Shown here: piece by piece, positions 35,901 through 48,094 of the stretch
Position numbering within the stretch: the stretch's first letter is position 1
Layout: each line of letters begins with the position of its first letter
Source: Lama guanicoe
Lineage: Eukaryota
Direction of reading: 5' to 3'
Length of the DNA stretch: 64,000 bases
NCBI GenBank assembly: GCA_013239625.1
Contig: MU053934.1
Span: forward strand, 8,391,352 to 8,455,351
Translations under genes and position numbers: made by a program
Notes under the pieces: model-generated
The model's database searches: none
What the model was told of the DNA's origin: nothing
Seen by the model: the letters and a program-made list of their open reading frames with translations, nothing else

Positions 35901-38219
35901 TAAGGATGCTCGCACTCCTCAGCCCACTGGCTCAGAGCCGGGACCCCGGGCTGGGGATTAACGGGCGACGTCGCAGCCAAGAGGCCCTGGGTCGTGCCCT
36001 GAGCCCTGCGCTGGGAGGGCGCACAGAGCCAGAACATGGAAGTCCCAGCCCCAACTTTAAAATGAGATCTAAACTGTATTTATTGCCACAATAAGGCTGC
36101 ATGATAAACACCCCAAAACTCAGGGGCTTCAAATATGAGTTTCTTTGGCTCACAGCACGTCAGGGGTTTGAGCTGAGATGTAAACTGTAAGAGTTCACAG
36201 GCGCAGGAGGAGGGAGCGGCAAGCTCGGGAGGAGCAGCACTTCTGCAGGCCTGCAGGCCGTGGGGAGGCGGGAGCCCACCTGGGCGTGGGAGCAGAATGC
36301 AGGCAGCGCGGCTGGACCGCGGCGAGCAAGGAGGACGAGGGAAAGGAGAGAAACCCCCGGGGAGGCGGGTGTGCCCGAGGAGGTGGGGGCCCGAGGTCCA
36401 AGGGCTCCAGCCCCGGGCCTGACTCTGTCTCTCTGCAGTGCTCTGCTTCCCCGTCTCTCTGGAGCCTTGACGGCGGCCACGACAACCCAGCCCACTGCGG
36501 GGACATCTCCTTCCAAGAGCAAAGGGCCAACTTCGTGAGTCGGGGCTGCTGGCCGTGCCTGGGTTGTGCAAACCAAGCAGGAGGAGCTGCTGGGCTCCAA
36601 GCAGCAGGCTCTGGCTGGGCCATCTTCTCCCTCATGCACGGGGCGGGGCTGCTTCTCCTGCGCGGTCCTCGCAGCTCACGATGTCCTGGAGCGGGCAGAT
36701 GCTTGTGGGCTCCCCATGTGTTCTTTACTCCCTAAGGGAGGCAGGGCCGGCTGAGAACTGAGGCTCAGAGACAGTGATCGGCCTCCAGCCACACAGCTAT
36801 GAATAAACTGTGGGACTTGAACCCAGATTCTTCCTGCTGCCCAGGAGAGAGTGTGTGAACAGGGGGCTCTGAATCAGGCCAGGGTCAGAGCCGCCGCCAC
36901 CTGCCTGAGGTCCAATCAGGGGGCTGCTCCAGAGGGGTTGGGCTGAGAATGATGGGAGCCCTGCTCCGAGGCTGATAAGGTCTTGGTGACTTGTGGCAGC
37001 CACCTGCATCTTTCTTCACTTGTTCCTCTAAACAGCCCCCTGTCTCCCCTTGGGGGTCTTTGAGGTGGTGGAGTCACTCCATAGTGACAGCCCTCAGTCC
37101 CTCATGTCTCTGCACTTGCAGTCTTGGTGGTGCCTGGAGCACAGTTTGACAGAATTTGGGATGCTACAGTGCGATGTGACCCAGGTGTCCCCATGCGGGA
37201 CCCTGAGAAGGTCATTTGGTTGCTGAGATCCTGGGAGCAGCTTTTGCGTCACCAGCTCTTCCAGGGCTGGGGTGCAGGGAGGGCGGCAGGGAGCAGAATG
37301 GCAGGGAACATGATGCCACCCCAGGGTGGGCCCCTCTCAGGACAATGACTCCAAGTGGAGGGCAAGGGTCATGTCTGTTAACTGTCCCATCTCCCCCAGT
37401 GGTGCTTGTCATTGGATGGGTTGTCATGGTGGTGAGATAGATGGGTGCTGAGCAGAAGGGGTCTTGTGGTGGGAATTGCAGGTGGGAGAGGGCCGAGTTC
37501 CCACTTGGAGCTGGGATTGAGACCCTCCTCTGCCCTTCCTGGTCCACGGTGCCCTCCCCCAGCCCAGGAGACTGTGCCAGGCCCTGCAGCAGCGGCTGAG
37601 CCCTCTGTACCCGAGCGCCCCCGGGCCCAGTGCAGGCCCCAGGGATCTCGGAATGCCACCTCGGCAAATTGCCGGAGCATGTATCCAACTAATAAGTGGG
37701 TGACTGGATCCATTGTTCAAAAGTTATCTTTAGACAAGAGCATTTATCAAGTTTAATTAACGTGTCATGGTCTCCAGTGCAAGAGACTGCTCCAAACGCA
37801 GCCCTGATAACACCAGTTTTTCTGCATTAATGCTAGCTTGGCACCCAGCCCTGAGCAGGAAATAAACCATCAGCGCCACCACCACCCAAAAAATAGAGAC
37901 AACGTCCCTCCCTAAATCAAATTAAATGTGTTGTGGACGCCCGAGTGTGGGGCGGGAGGCCAAGAGCCCAGCAGAGAGTGAGCCTGTGCTGCTGAGAAGT
38001 CAGGATGCCATCTGAGCCATCCTCCTGCTCTGTACCGGGCGGGGCACTGCCCACCCTGAATGAAGTCCTCGCATGAGCTTGGTTGGCTTCCCAGATTTTG
38101 CAGAAGTAGCAGCTGAGGTTCGGGGAGGCACCGTGACTTGGCCAGGCCACACGGTTTAGTCGAGTCTGCTGCCAAGACCCTCCAACTCACTGACCCCCAG
38201 GCACCTTTCACCAGAGAGC

Positions 38220-38940
38220 CAGCAAACAGTCCCTGGGCACCTGCTCTGCACCAGCTCCCTGCTGGGTGCTGAGCCTCCAGCAGCAAACGAAGCAGACAAG
38301 GCCATCTTCTCAAGGAGCTGACATTCTGCTGGGGGATTCAGACATTGAGAGCAGGGGGAGGAAAAAGAGGAAGAGAGGAAGAGAGGGAGAAAGGGAAGGA
38401 GGGAAGAAGAAGAAGAGGGGAAGCAGGAGAAGAAAAGGAGAAGAAGGCTTCCTATGCCGACACGTGCTTAGGAGAAAGTAGGACAGAGTAATGGTCAACA
38501 GAGGTGGGAGGGGGGAGAGGCCATTTGAGATAAGCTGACCAGGGTTCATACAAGGATATGACATTAGGGAGGATGCTCAAATGAGGAGCAGCCAGAACAA
38601 GACATATGTGGCAGCGGCCCTCTAGGCAGAGAAGGGAGCAAGTGCAAAGGCCCTGAGGCGGGCTTAAGCTTGATGTGATGGAGGAGGCGCGGGGGAGCCA
38701 GGTGACTAGAGAAGGGTGGAGGAAGATAACCAGTTCCCAGACAGGGAAGAGGGAGGCCATGGATAGGATTGGCCTGGGAGGCAGGTCCTATGGGGCCAGG
38801 TCTGCCAGAGGAAACAGCTCCTCGCTGATTTTGCAAGCCCCAGAAGCCTTCGAGGCTTGACCACTTTGGATGGGGCAGGGCTGTTGCCAAGCCCCAAGCA
38901 GAAGTGTGGTAAATGGAGAGCAGGGATGGAGCCCGAGGTA
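38220..38940 (-). mobile_element. L2 remnant containing a purine-rich tract (about 38350-38445)
   Basis: gcaagtgcaaaggccctgaggcggg is a characteristic antisense L2 motif. Confidence 0.75.
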
Positions 38941-39269
38941 GCTGTGAGGTAGCCAGGTGCCTGTGTGGCCCAGCTGAGTTCTGTTAGAAAGAAGTACAAT
39001 ATGGGGGGATCCCCTCTCATCCCCATAAGAGGGACCATTGTCCTTGGGGTGCAGTCTAGACACTCAGAGACCCAAGGTGGAAGATAAGGCAGAGTTGCAC
39101 TGGTGAGGTTGCCCAGAGCAGAGGTCACATCATCTGGAAACGTGCAGGGACCAGAGGTTGTTGACCAGGGCACCTTGGAGGGGAGAGTTGGGAGGCTGGT
39201 CCTTGAAGAAGGATGGAGAGAGGGGATGTCCACCTGGGCACCAGACCGTCATCACAGAGAGTTAACAGC

Positions 39270-39490
39270 AGACGGTGGAGCCTCTCAGCCTGGGCTGAGA
39301 TCTGCTCCCTGTGGACCAGCTGTGTGACCTTGGACAAGTCACTTCACCTATCTGTGCACCCGTGTTCACAACTATGAAATAGAGAGGAAATCTCTGACTC
39401 TCAGACTTGTTGGAAGGAGTTCACAACTGGAGACACTAGAGGGCCCAGCCCTATGCCTGGTGAAGAGGCCACAGCAAAAGGAGGCCATTG
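39270..39490 (+). mobile_element. MIR SINE
   Basis: cagctgtgtgaccttggacaagtcacttcacc. Confidence 0.8.
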
Positions 39491-41369
39491 GCCTCTGCAC
39501 GCGGAACCAACGTGGCGACCAGCAGACGGCTGTGGGCATTTCTCTGGATCCTGCGAATAATCCTGGAGGGATGATGCATGAAGGCAGACTGCAGCGTCAC
39601 AGGGACAGAGGGACCCCGCGAGGAGAAGCACTGCCTTGTGGGGGTGAGTGCCTCACCACGGGAGGAGGCAAGCCAAGCTCCCTGCCTTGGCGGAGTCGGG
39701 ACACCATGGCCTCTGGGCTCCCTGACTCAGGCCCTGGGACTGCCCTTGGGGAGGTGGCCCTCCCCAGATCCTGCAGGCCATCTGGGCCTCCAGGGAGTCA
39801 GGGAAGAAATGAAGTGAAGGTGATTCCAAGGTGACCGCAATACAGCTAAGAAGCCATCACTGTGCCTCAAGGTCCGGAGGCCCAGGGAGCACAGAATCAT
39901 CAAAGGGTCGTTCGTTGCATCTGGAGGCATCCAGGCACCACCAGCCCAACTGTGCCGGGTGTGGACCCAACGGCCTGCGCCCGGGGTCCCACAGTCCTCC
40001 AGGTGACCCCAGACCCGGAGCACTAATGCCAGCAGGCACCCCTCACCCAGCGATTTGCCCAGGGCCCCTGCTCGGCCTCCCCTGGCCACCACCTCCCCGG
40101 GGCCCTCTGTCTTCCAGGGGTCCTCATCCCGCCACCTCACTGTTCCCGTCCTGTGGTCTGAACCCGAACTCAGCTGGGCCACTTTGCAAGTCTAAGGCCA
40201 CCTGCTCCCAGCACCTCCGCAGCAGCTCAAACCCCGGCAGAAGCTGCAGGCTACACCTTGCCTTTGACACTGTCCAGTTCTTGGGTGTGACCTCTCACCT
40301 GCCAGGTTTGGGAGGTGGTCCCAAGGGCCCACAGGTCTTCATCTTCCAGCCAGAGGTGGAGGATTCCAGGGGTGACATAAAACCTTGTGGGCACGCTGGC
40401 GCAGTTCACACCTCTTACTCCCAGACCGTGACTCCCAGCAGTGGCCTCTCTGTGGGCCCCAGGGGTCACCCACGCCTGCATTTACAGACAGGCTCCCAGA
40501 GGGCCAGGTCACAGCTGATGGAAATATCCAGAACTCAGCCTGCAGCACATGGGAGCCCTGGGTGGGGGCCAGGAGCAGGGTGCCACCCTGGAACCACCGC
40601 AGCCTTGGGGGGCATTCGGGCAAGTTTCTGCCCGTCTCTGGCCTCAGTTTCTTCATCTTCAGGATGAGGGGTGGAGGGAAAAACCTGAGATCCTCCCACC
40701 TCCAGGTTTCAATAATTGGGCCGCCTCTCCTGAAGCCCCAGGCCGAACTTCAGGGAGCAGATGAGGCATTATCTGAGGTTCCCCCGACCACCTGCCTAAA
40801 AGGGAGGTGGAGGGATTCTTCAGATTTGGGACCTAAATCCTCAAGGGCCTGATACCCTGCCCCTCCCTGAGGGCTGGCGTCATCCCGAAAACTCCCTGAA
40901 GTTCCAGCCCGAGGACCCCTGGGAGTTTCCCGGGGTCTCTTGGGTTCCCTCCATCCTCTCCTGATCTCTCTGAGCCTTGCCCTGTCTCTCTGTCCCTCTG
41001 GGGGATTGATCCCAGGAGACAACGCCCCAGTTCTGTTACCTGGAAGCACTGCTTATTACGATGTCGGGGCTGCCAGATTCCCTGATGAATTCCTTCTGCA
41101 TCTCATCTGCATTGTCTCTGTAGAACTGCATGATGGGCAACTCTGGCTCAGAGGCAGAGGAAGATGCTAGCAATCATATCGTAAAATGGGCTAAGTCCTT
41201 ATGCCTAAGGTATGGACTTCTCAAATGCCCTCAGTGGAACCCCCACAAACCCCTCCTCCACACTGCATCCCAAGTGTTGTGCTAAAACACCTGACCACGT
41301 TCCCCCAGCCACCTGGCACTCTCCAGGGGCTCCCCTCTGCTTATGAGGAGCTCTCTCTCCCTGCTTTAC

Positions 41370-41660
41370 CAGATTAGGTCTAGCTTTACAACAGGAAAAC
41401 CTGAAACAAAAGCAGTTTAAACAATGTAGCTCTTTCCTCATCCTTCAAAGCTCAGGATTAGGACATTCAGAACCAGCGCAATGGCTGGTCTCACTGGAGA
41501 CACTAGCATTTATGCTACTGCTCCACCACCCTCAACACAAGGCTTCCATCCTCAAGGTCACCTCTTAATCCAAGATGTCTGCTGGAGCTCTAGCCATCAC
41601 ATTCTTATCGCAGACTAGAAAGAAGAGGAAAAGCAGACAGATAACCAGCACCACTCCTCC
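41370..41660 (-). mobile_element. Old MaLR (MLT1J-like) LTR fragment
   Basis: ggcttccatcctcaaggtcacctc...tccaagatgtctgctggagctctagccatcac. Confidence 0.65.
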
Positions 41661-41661
41661 A

Positions 41662-41745
41662 GCTGAATCACTTTGCTGTACACCTGAAACTAACACAGCA
41701 TTATAAATCAACTACACTTCAATTTTAAAATTTCGGAAAAAAAGA
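41662..41745 (+). mobile_element. Extreme 3' tip of L1
   Basis: ctgaatcactttgctgtacacctgaaactaacac...aaatcaactacacttcaat plus A-rich tail. Confidence 0.85.
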
Positions 41746-42517
41746 AACACTGATGTAGATGCTGTTCAGGAAGCAGCTTCAGGCTTCAAAAGGGAGAAGC
41801 CAGGCTGAACTGAGGGCATAAGGAAGGGGGCATCTCATTAGAGGGAATCGGAGCACGCAGGACACATCAGTCCCGCAGCCGACCTGGCCGCTGCCCTCCT
41901 GGACCCTAACCCACCCGTCAGGTCTCTAGCAGGAGCAAGAGCAGAGGAGGACCCCCCCCCCACTGAGTCCAGACATGAAAGGGTCTCCTGCCGCAGGGTC
42001 AGAAGAAAACCAGGGAGATGGCTCCAGGCCTGCCCTGGGAAGGCAAAGACATCTCAGAAGTGACTGGGAGATACTCCAGACCAGTGTTCCCACGACACAG
42101 TTGGGGAAACTGAGGCCCAGAGGACCAGACGTGTCCAGGGTCACCTGGGGAGTGGTGGCAGAGAGAAATCAGAACCCTGGATTCTGATTCCTTGGCCAGA
42201 TTCGAAAGAGTCCCTAGAGGAGATGGGGGGCCCCTCCCACCCTACACCCACTAACATTCGGCAGCAAGCACCTTGCTCTGTGCAACAGCTGGGAGCCGGG
42301 ATGGTCACAGGTGTTGGGACTCACGGTGGCTTCGGCTTGGAACACACGAGGGGTGCCAGTATCTCGGGGTTCCTCAGTGAGGTGACAGCCCCAGGCCTGG
42401 CTTCCCATTTGGAAGACATCAAGCCACAGGGGTGGCTCTGGGAGAAGGGGGAAGGCACTGCTGAGAAGCTGAGCATGTCTGGGGGCTCTGAGCAGGAGAG
42501 GGGACCCACATGAAACA

Positions 42518-42682
42518 CAGAGTTTCCCAAACTTTAGCAGAAACAGAATCCCCTTGAGGACTTGCCTATTCCACTCGAGTTTCTGTTTCAGTAGGTCTGG
42601 AGTCGGCCCTGAAATTTGCATTTTTAGCCTGTTCCCAGATGATGCTGGCTGGGCTCAGGGACTCCACTTTGAGGGCAACTAG
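42518..42682. mobile_element. MER5A-like MITE
   Basis: gagtttctgtttcagtaggtctgg...atttgcattttt...ttcccagatgatgctg...ccactttgag. Confidence 0.8.
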
Positions 42683-43889
42683 GGTAATGAGAGGAGCAGT
42701 GCTGGTCCAGCAGGCAGGGTGTGGTGACTGGGGTTCTCCCGTTATCTATAAAGCACAGAGAGACAGCACTTTAGAGTTTGCAAGATATTCACACGTCTCA
42801 CCTCACCTCTTAACACCCCTGCTATTCTAACTCCTTGGACTTGCCCAGGGATGCTCAGTGGTTTGCTCAGTGAGTGGCTGCAATGGACTGAACACAGACC
42901 TGAACCTTCTCCCATTCATCACAACGCCTCTGTTCCCTCGGTCCACACGTCCGCTCTCCCAGGAGGATGCTCCACTTTCCCTGAGCATCTATAGGTGCCA
43001 GGCACCCACTCACGCACCACACATCGTCCACGTGCCCCTGTGCCTGACCACCGAGGCGGGTCACTTTACCCCCTTTTAGGGAAGAGGCTGCTGAGGCTGG
43101 CCCTGCTGTCTGCTCTGCACCTGCAGGTGCGGAAGGCAGGATGTGCACTTCCAGGGTCTGGCTCCCAGCCCAGGCTCTCCTGCCACCGAGCGCCCTCACG
43201 CAGGCGACATCACAGAGCAGAACTTCACGGGAGCTGCGGGCCATCCGGGGGCGGCAGGAGGGACCGCGAGGGTAATTGGGTTCCCACAGCCAAGGGCTGG
43301 GGCCAGGCGTGCCTTTGCGTCCAGAGGCTTTGTTCTTGGTCCTTTTCAAACAGACTCTTGAACCACTTATTTCCCCCGCTTGCAGCTCACTTTTCTCGGG
43401 TCCTCAAGTTAATTATTCCTAGACAGAAAATCAGTCCTAACCCCAGACACAGGTAATTTCCTACAGCAGAGCTCATTATCAGCCCTGCACACGCGTCTCG
43501 GGGAGAGCAGGGGAGGTGTTCTCCAGCCTGGAAGCGTAATTACGGGAAATACGGGAGGAGAGCTGCCGGCGGCACCAAGTGGCCGGCTCTGAGAGGCCGC
43601 TGAGTCCGTGACCTTCACCCGGAGTGGGGGCAGCAGCCTCTGGGACCCACACCTGACCAAGGTCCCTGAGGGATTGAAAAGTGTCCCCCCAAAATTCACG
43701 TCAACCCAGAACCTCAGAATGTGACCTGCAAGGGCCTTGGTCAAAGCCACCAGCAGCTTGCTCTTCTTTTTGCTTAGAATGTGGATGTGATGTTTGGGTG
43801 CACAGCAGTCATTTTGTGACCATGAGGAGACACATACTGAGAGTGGCAGAGTAAGAAGCCAGAAGGAGCCTCTACTCCAGGCAGGCTCC

Positions 43890-44250
43890 TGCCTCTGGAC
43901 CCTTGCTTTAGCAGTCCCAGCTGCCTAAACACTCTCCCCTGGGTATCCACAGTGCCTCTCCCTCACCTCCTGCAAGTCTCTACTCAAATGTCACCTTTTC
44001 AACCATTCTGTTTAAAATTGCCAGCTCTGCCAGCCCCTGGCACTCCACAGTGTTATATTTCTGCACTGAACTGCTTGCTGTCTACCCTACTAGATGCGTT
44101 ATTGAAACACATAGTTTGTATGTGGTATCATCCGATGCCCACACTAGAATGTCAGCTTCATGGGCTGGGGGTCTCCTGTCCTGCTCTGGGACTTCCCTCA
44201 GATCCCCAGAATAGCACCTGGCACCCACTGGATGCCCACTAAATCCTTGC
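43890..44250 (+). mobile_element. L2 3' remnant
   Basis: ctcaaatgtcacc...cactagaatgtcagcttcatgg...agaatagcacctggcac. Confidence 0.75.
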
Positions 44251-44407
44251 TGACTGCGAGGAGATAGAGATGGTGTAGGTTGAATTTGGAGGACAAGGGG
44301 CTGTCCCCTGGAAGGTGACAGGGATTGTGACTACCAGGACATCTAAGACCCTGCTGAGCAAGTCGGGAGGCTGCCTGGAGGAGAGGGCTTTGGATTCAGA
44401 CTCGTGT

Positions 44408-44742
44408 NNNNNNNNNNNNNNNNNNNNNNNNNNNNNNNNNNNNNNNNNNNNNNNNNNNNNNNNNNNNNNNNNNNNNNNNNNNNNNNNNNNNNNNNNNNNN
44501 NNNNNNNNNNNNNNNNNNNNNNNNNNNNNNNNNNNNNNNNNNNNNNNNNNNNNNNNNNNNNNNNNNNNNNNNNNNNNNNNNNNNNNNNNNNNNNNNNNNN
44601 NNNNNNNNNNNNNNNNNNNNNNNNNNNNNNNNNNNNNNNNNNNNNNNNNNNNNNNNNNNNNNNNNNNNNNNNNNNNNNNNNNNNNNNNNNNNNNNNNNNN
44701 NNNNNNNNNNNNNNNNNNNNNNNNNNNNNNNNNNNNNNNNNN
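44408..44742. other. Assembly gap (N)
   Basis: Run of n. Confidence 1.
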
Positions 44743-44869
44743 CTTAAGTCAAAGCAAGACCCTGGAGCCCCCCAAGCTCTGAGTGAATGTCACCTTCACC
44801 TCGAAACTGCAGCCAGACCCCATCTGTCCCCACAGGATGCCGCTACCCTAGCAGGTCCCCTCCCCTCCC

Positions 44870-45170
44870 NNNNNNNNNNNNNNNNNNNNNNNNNNNNNNN
44901 NNNNNNNNNNNNNNNNNNNNNNNNNNNNNNNNNNNNNNNNNNNNNNNNNNNNNNNNNNNNNNNNNNNNNNNNNNNNNNNNNNNNNNNNNNNNNNNNNNNN
45001 NNNNNNNNNNNNNNNNNNNNNNNNNNNNNNNNNNNNNNNNNNNNNNNNNNNNNNNNNNNNNNNNNNNNNNNNNNNNNNNNNNNNNNNNNNNNNNNNNNNN
45101 NNNNNNNNNNNNNNNNNNNNNNNNNNNNNNNNNNNNNNNNNNNNNNNNNNNNNNNNNNNNNNNNNNNNNN
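44870..45170. other. Assembly gap (N)
   Basis: Run of n. Confidence 1.
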
Positions 45171-45949
45171 CCAGCTCCTGCTCTGCTGCTCCATGGAGAT
45201 TTTAGCCCCTGGATCACTGTCACTCCTTTGGCGTCTCTCCTGATATAACTCCCAGTGACCACAATGCCCACAGACTTGATCCTTCCAGCAGCCTGGCCTC
45301 CGGGATCTGGGGCCCCCTCTCCTTCCATGATCTTTCCTCCACCTGACCCCAGCCACCCACTTCCAGGGTCAGGAATGATTTCTGGTCCCTAACCATCAGT
45401 GTGGCAAAGGTGGAGACCCCTCAGACGGGCATGGTGCCCTGCCAGCACCATGTCGTTCCCAGTCGCCCAAGCCCACCACTCCTCCGAGTGTGAAGCGTCC
45501 CACCACCGCCCTCCTTTGCAGCTCGCCCCTCTGGTGCCCCAACTCCAACCACCTCTTATCTCTGAACATCTGGAGCAAAGCGAAGCTTGAAAACAGCAAG
45601 GTGGGTAGTGCTCTGAGCTGCCTGCCATAGGACCACAGAGGAGTGGACATGGTGTAGCGGGGGCACCAAGACCAGAAGTCTCATCAATCGGCATGAAGGC
45701 TCTGGAGCTGCAAACTGCACCTTGGAGCCGCCCCTTACAGGAGGGTCCTACATAGGTGGTGAGCCCGGATGTAGGCATTCAACACCACCTCAGGGGAGCA
45801 AACAGCTGGGTTTTCCCACCAGGAGGGCATCACCTCTGCTATGCCCCAGGCAGACACCCGTCATGGACCAGAGCCAGAGGAGAAAGAGCCTGGCCTCAAG
45901 AGGGAAGGGAGCCAGTCACAGGGGGACCCCAAAATTGCCCACAGTGTGC

Positions 45950-47650
45950 GTCATCACAAACACTATAATGCGATTTTCAGAGAAAAACAAATGAGAAAAA
46001 TAAAAAGAAACTGGAAGCAAATATGTCAGTTTCCAGAACAAACAGACGACCAGGACAGAGTCACTGAGGCATGGACGAGATGAAAAGAAGCCATGGCAAC
46101 CATGCAAACGCAGGGCATCCAGGAGAGAGAGGGAAAGCGGGTGGGGGAGAGCACTCATGTCTGCAGGAGACAGACCGACAGCCCAACCAGAAACGAGACT
46201 GGCCAGAAATGGCCTGAAGCTGTAGGACGGCTGACCAAGAATATGAATCCCACAAAACCAAAACCCACAGGGAAGATCTTAAGATAACAGAACGCGAGAT
46301 GGAAGGGAGATCTCAGACCCAAGGAAAGAAATGAAGGACAAAGCATGCTTGTGGATGCGCTAAATGAGGAGCAGCAGAGAACGTCACCTCCTTCTTAATT
46401 TGGCTCAAATGTCCCTTCTCACAGAAACTATCCTGAACACCCTCCTTTAAAGCGCTCATCCCTGCTGTATTTCCCTCGCAGCCCTTAGCAACTTCGCACG
46501 TACCCTTTGATCTATTTACCTCGCTCCCCGCCCGGTTTCCCAGAGGGAGACTTTTGCCTGTCTTGTTGTTTCCCCAATACCAGGAACGACGCCTGGCAAA
46601 TAGTAAGTCATCAATAAAAATGTGGTGAGTGAATGAGTGAACGGACAGACTAGGCACTGATGAAAACAGAATGAATGGTGCAGAGGGAAGCCTTGAGATA
46701 ATCACAGCCATACAGGTTGGAAAAGAAAAAGAGATAAAAGAGAGTCAGAAAAGTGTACGGATGTAGAAAATAATACAACACAAGGATAATTGGTGGCCCT
46801 GATTCAGAGCCCCAATAAGGGCTGCAGATTGTGTCGTAAACATGCCCTGAGAGACAGTCCTTGAAATAAAGAAATAGTTGAATCCAAAATTCAAAACAGC
46901 ATGCCATGTCTCAGAAATGCCGCCACAGACTCCACCACCCAGGATTTCTTCACAAAGTTAGGAATTTCAAGGAAACAGACATCTTCAAGCATTTAGGATG
47001 AAAAAGAATATTGTTTACAAGAAGGGAAAGAGATGCCTGCTTCCAGCTTCTGCAGCAACCATCCACTTCATAAGACCAGGGAGCCCTGGGTCTTCAAAGA
47101 ACGAAAGTGTGACTCAAGAAAATTATTCACATCCAGGATGCTATCTGCAAATACATTCAAGGACAGGAAGAACTTAGAGAACACACAGCCATGAGCCCTT
47201 CTTTGGGGGAAAAAATTACAATAAAATCCAGCCAATTAAAGTACTGGTGAACATCCAATCAATTTAAATATGCAACAGAAAGTAAGCAGTTATAGGAATT
47301 ATAGCTACAGAAAAGAATGTGAATGTCATAAAGTGAGAAATGTCACAAACACTGATAATATAACAATAAAAACCATGAGCTGAAAGGAGGGGAGATGGGA
47401 GAGGAGATCCCATAGCAGAGAAGTAAGGAAACTTGCCTGAAATTGGCACAAGTAGGTAAATAAATTCCTATAATCATTCTAATTTTTCACAGTTTTTCAG
47501 AATTTCTTTTTTTTCTTCTTCCTGAAGAAAAGAGTTTACTTGAAGGTTAACAATTTTTCCATTTCTTCTTAATTTCAACCTGTGTGTAAGAATTAAAGAT
47601 AATAGTTTCATTTAAAAGCTTGTGTAGTGAAACAATATTTTCATAAAGTC
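45950..47650 (+). mobile_element. HAL1/L1-ORF1-like remnant interrupted by an L2 3' end (about 46375-46645)
   Basis: A-rich ORF1-like sequence ending gaagaacttagagaacacacagccatgagcccttctt...aaaatccagccaa; internal L2 tail cctggcaaatagtaagtcatcaataaaaatg...gaatgagtgaa. Confidence 0.6.
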
Positions 47651-48022
47651 TATTTCTCTCTTCCTTAATTTGTCTGGAATAATGTTCACTTAGTAGTCAG
47701 GGTGACTATTCTGGACAGTCAGCTGTGGGAGACTTGTATACCTTCAACGGTGCATTTTTTGTGTTTTATTTGTCCCCTTTGGTGGTAATGCAGGCTGCAT
47801 GTCCTAAATCTCCCCCTCAGGCACCTGTAGGCTCTCGCCACCCTGTCTCCATGACCCTAGGTGTGCTTTAGACTATGGCATGTGAGAAAATGAATGCTAT
47901 CACTTCAGAGGAGAGGCTGAAAAGTCACTGATGTTTGAGGACTGTTTGTTACTGTGGCATAACCTTGGTTATTCTGACTGGTACAATGAGCATGTATCAT
48001 TTTATGAAAACAACAGAGTGGG

Positions 48023-48094
48023 NNNNNNNNNNNNNNNNNNNNNNNNNNNNNNNNNNNNNNNNNNNNNNNNNNNNNNNNNNNNNNNNNNNNNNNN
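48023..48094. other. Assembly gap (N)
   Basis: Run of n. Confidence 1.

Noticed and set aside
39080..40010. LRR-like peptides on the - strand (PDDVTSALGNLTS, IPPGLFAG, LDASRCN)
   Set aside because: Scattered over different frames and interrupted by a MIR; no regular LxxLxLxxN periodicity; probably chance (blastx would settle it)
39831..40667. 278-aa plus ORF
   Set aside because: Pro/Gly/Ser/Arg-rich with no recognisable domain; expected in GC-rich DNA
44315..45356. Long ORFs of 150-280 aa
   Set aside because: Artefacts of translating N gaps
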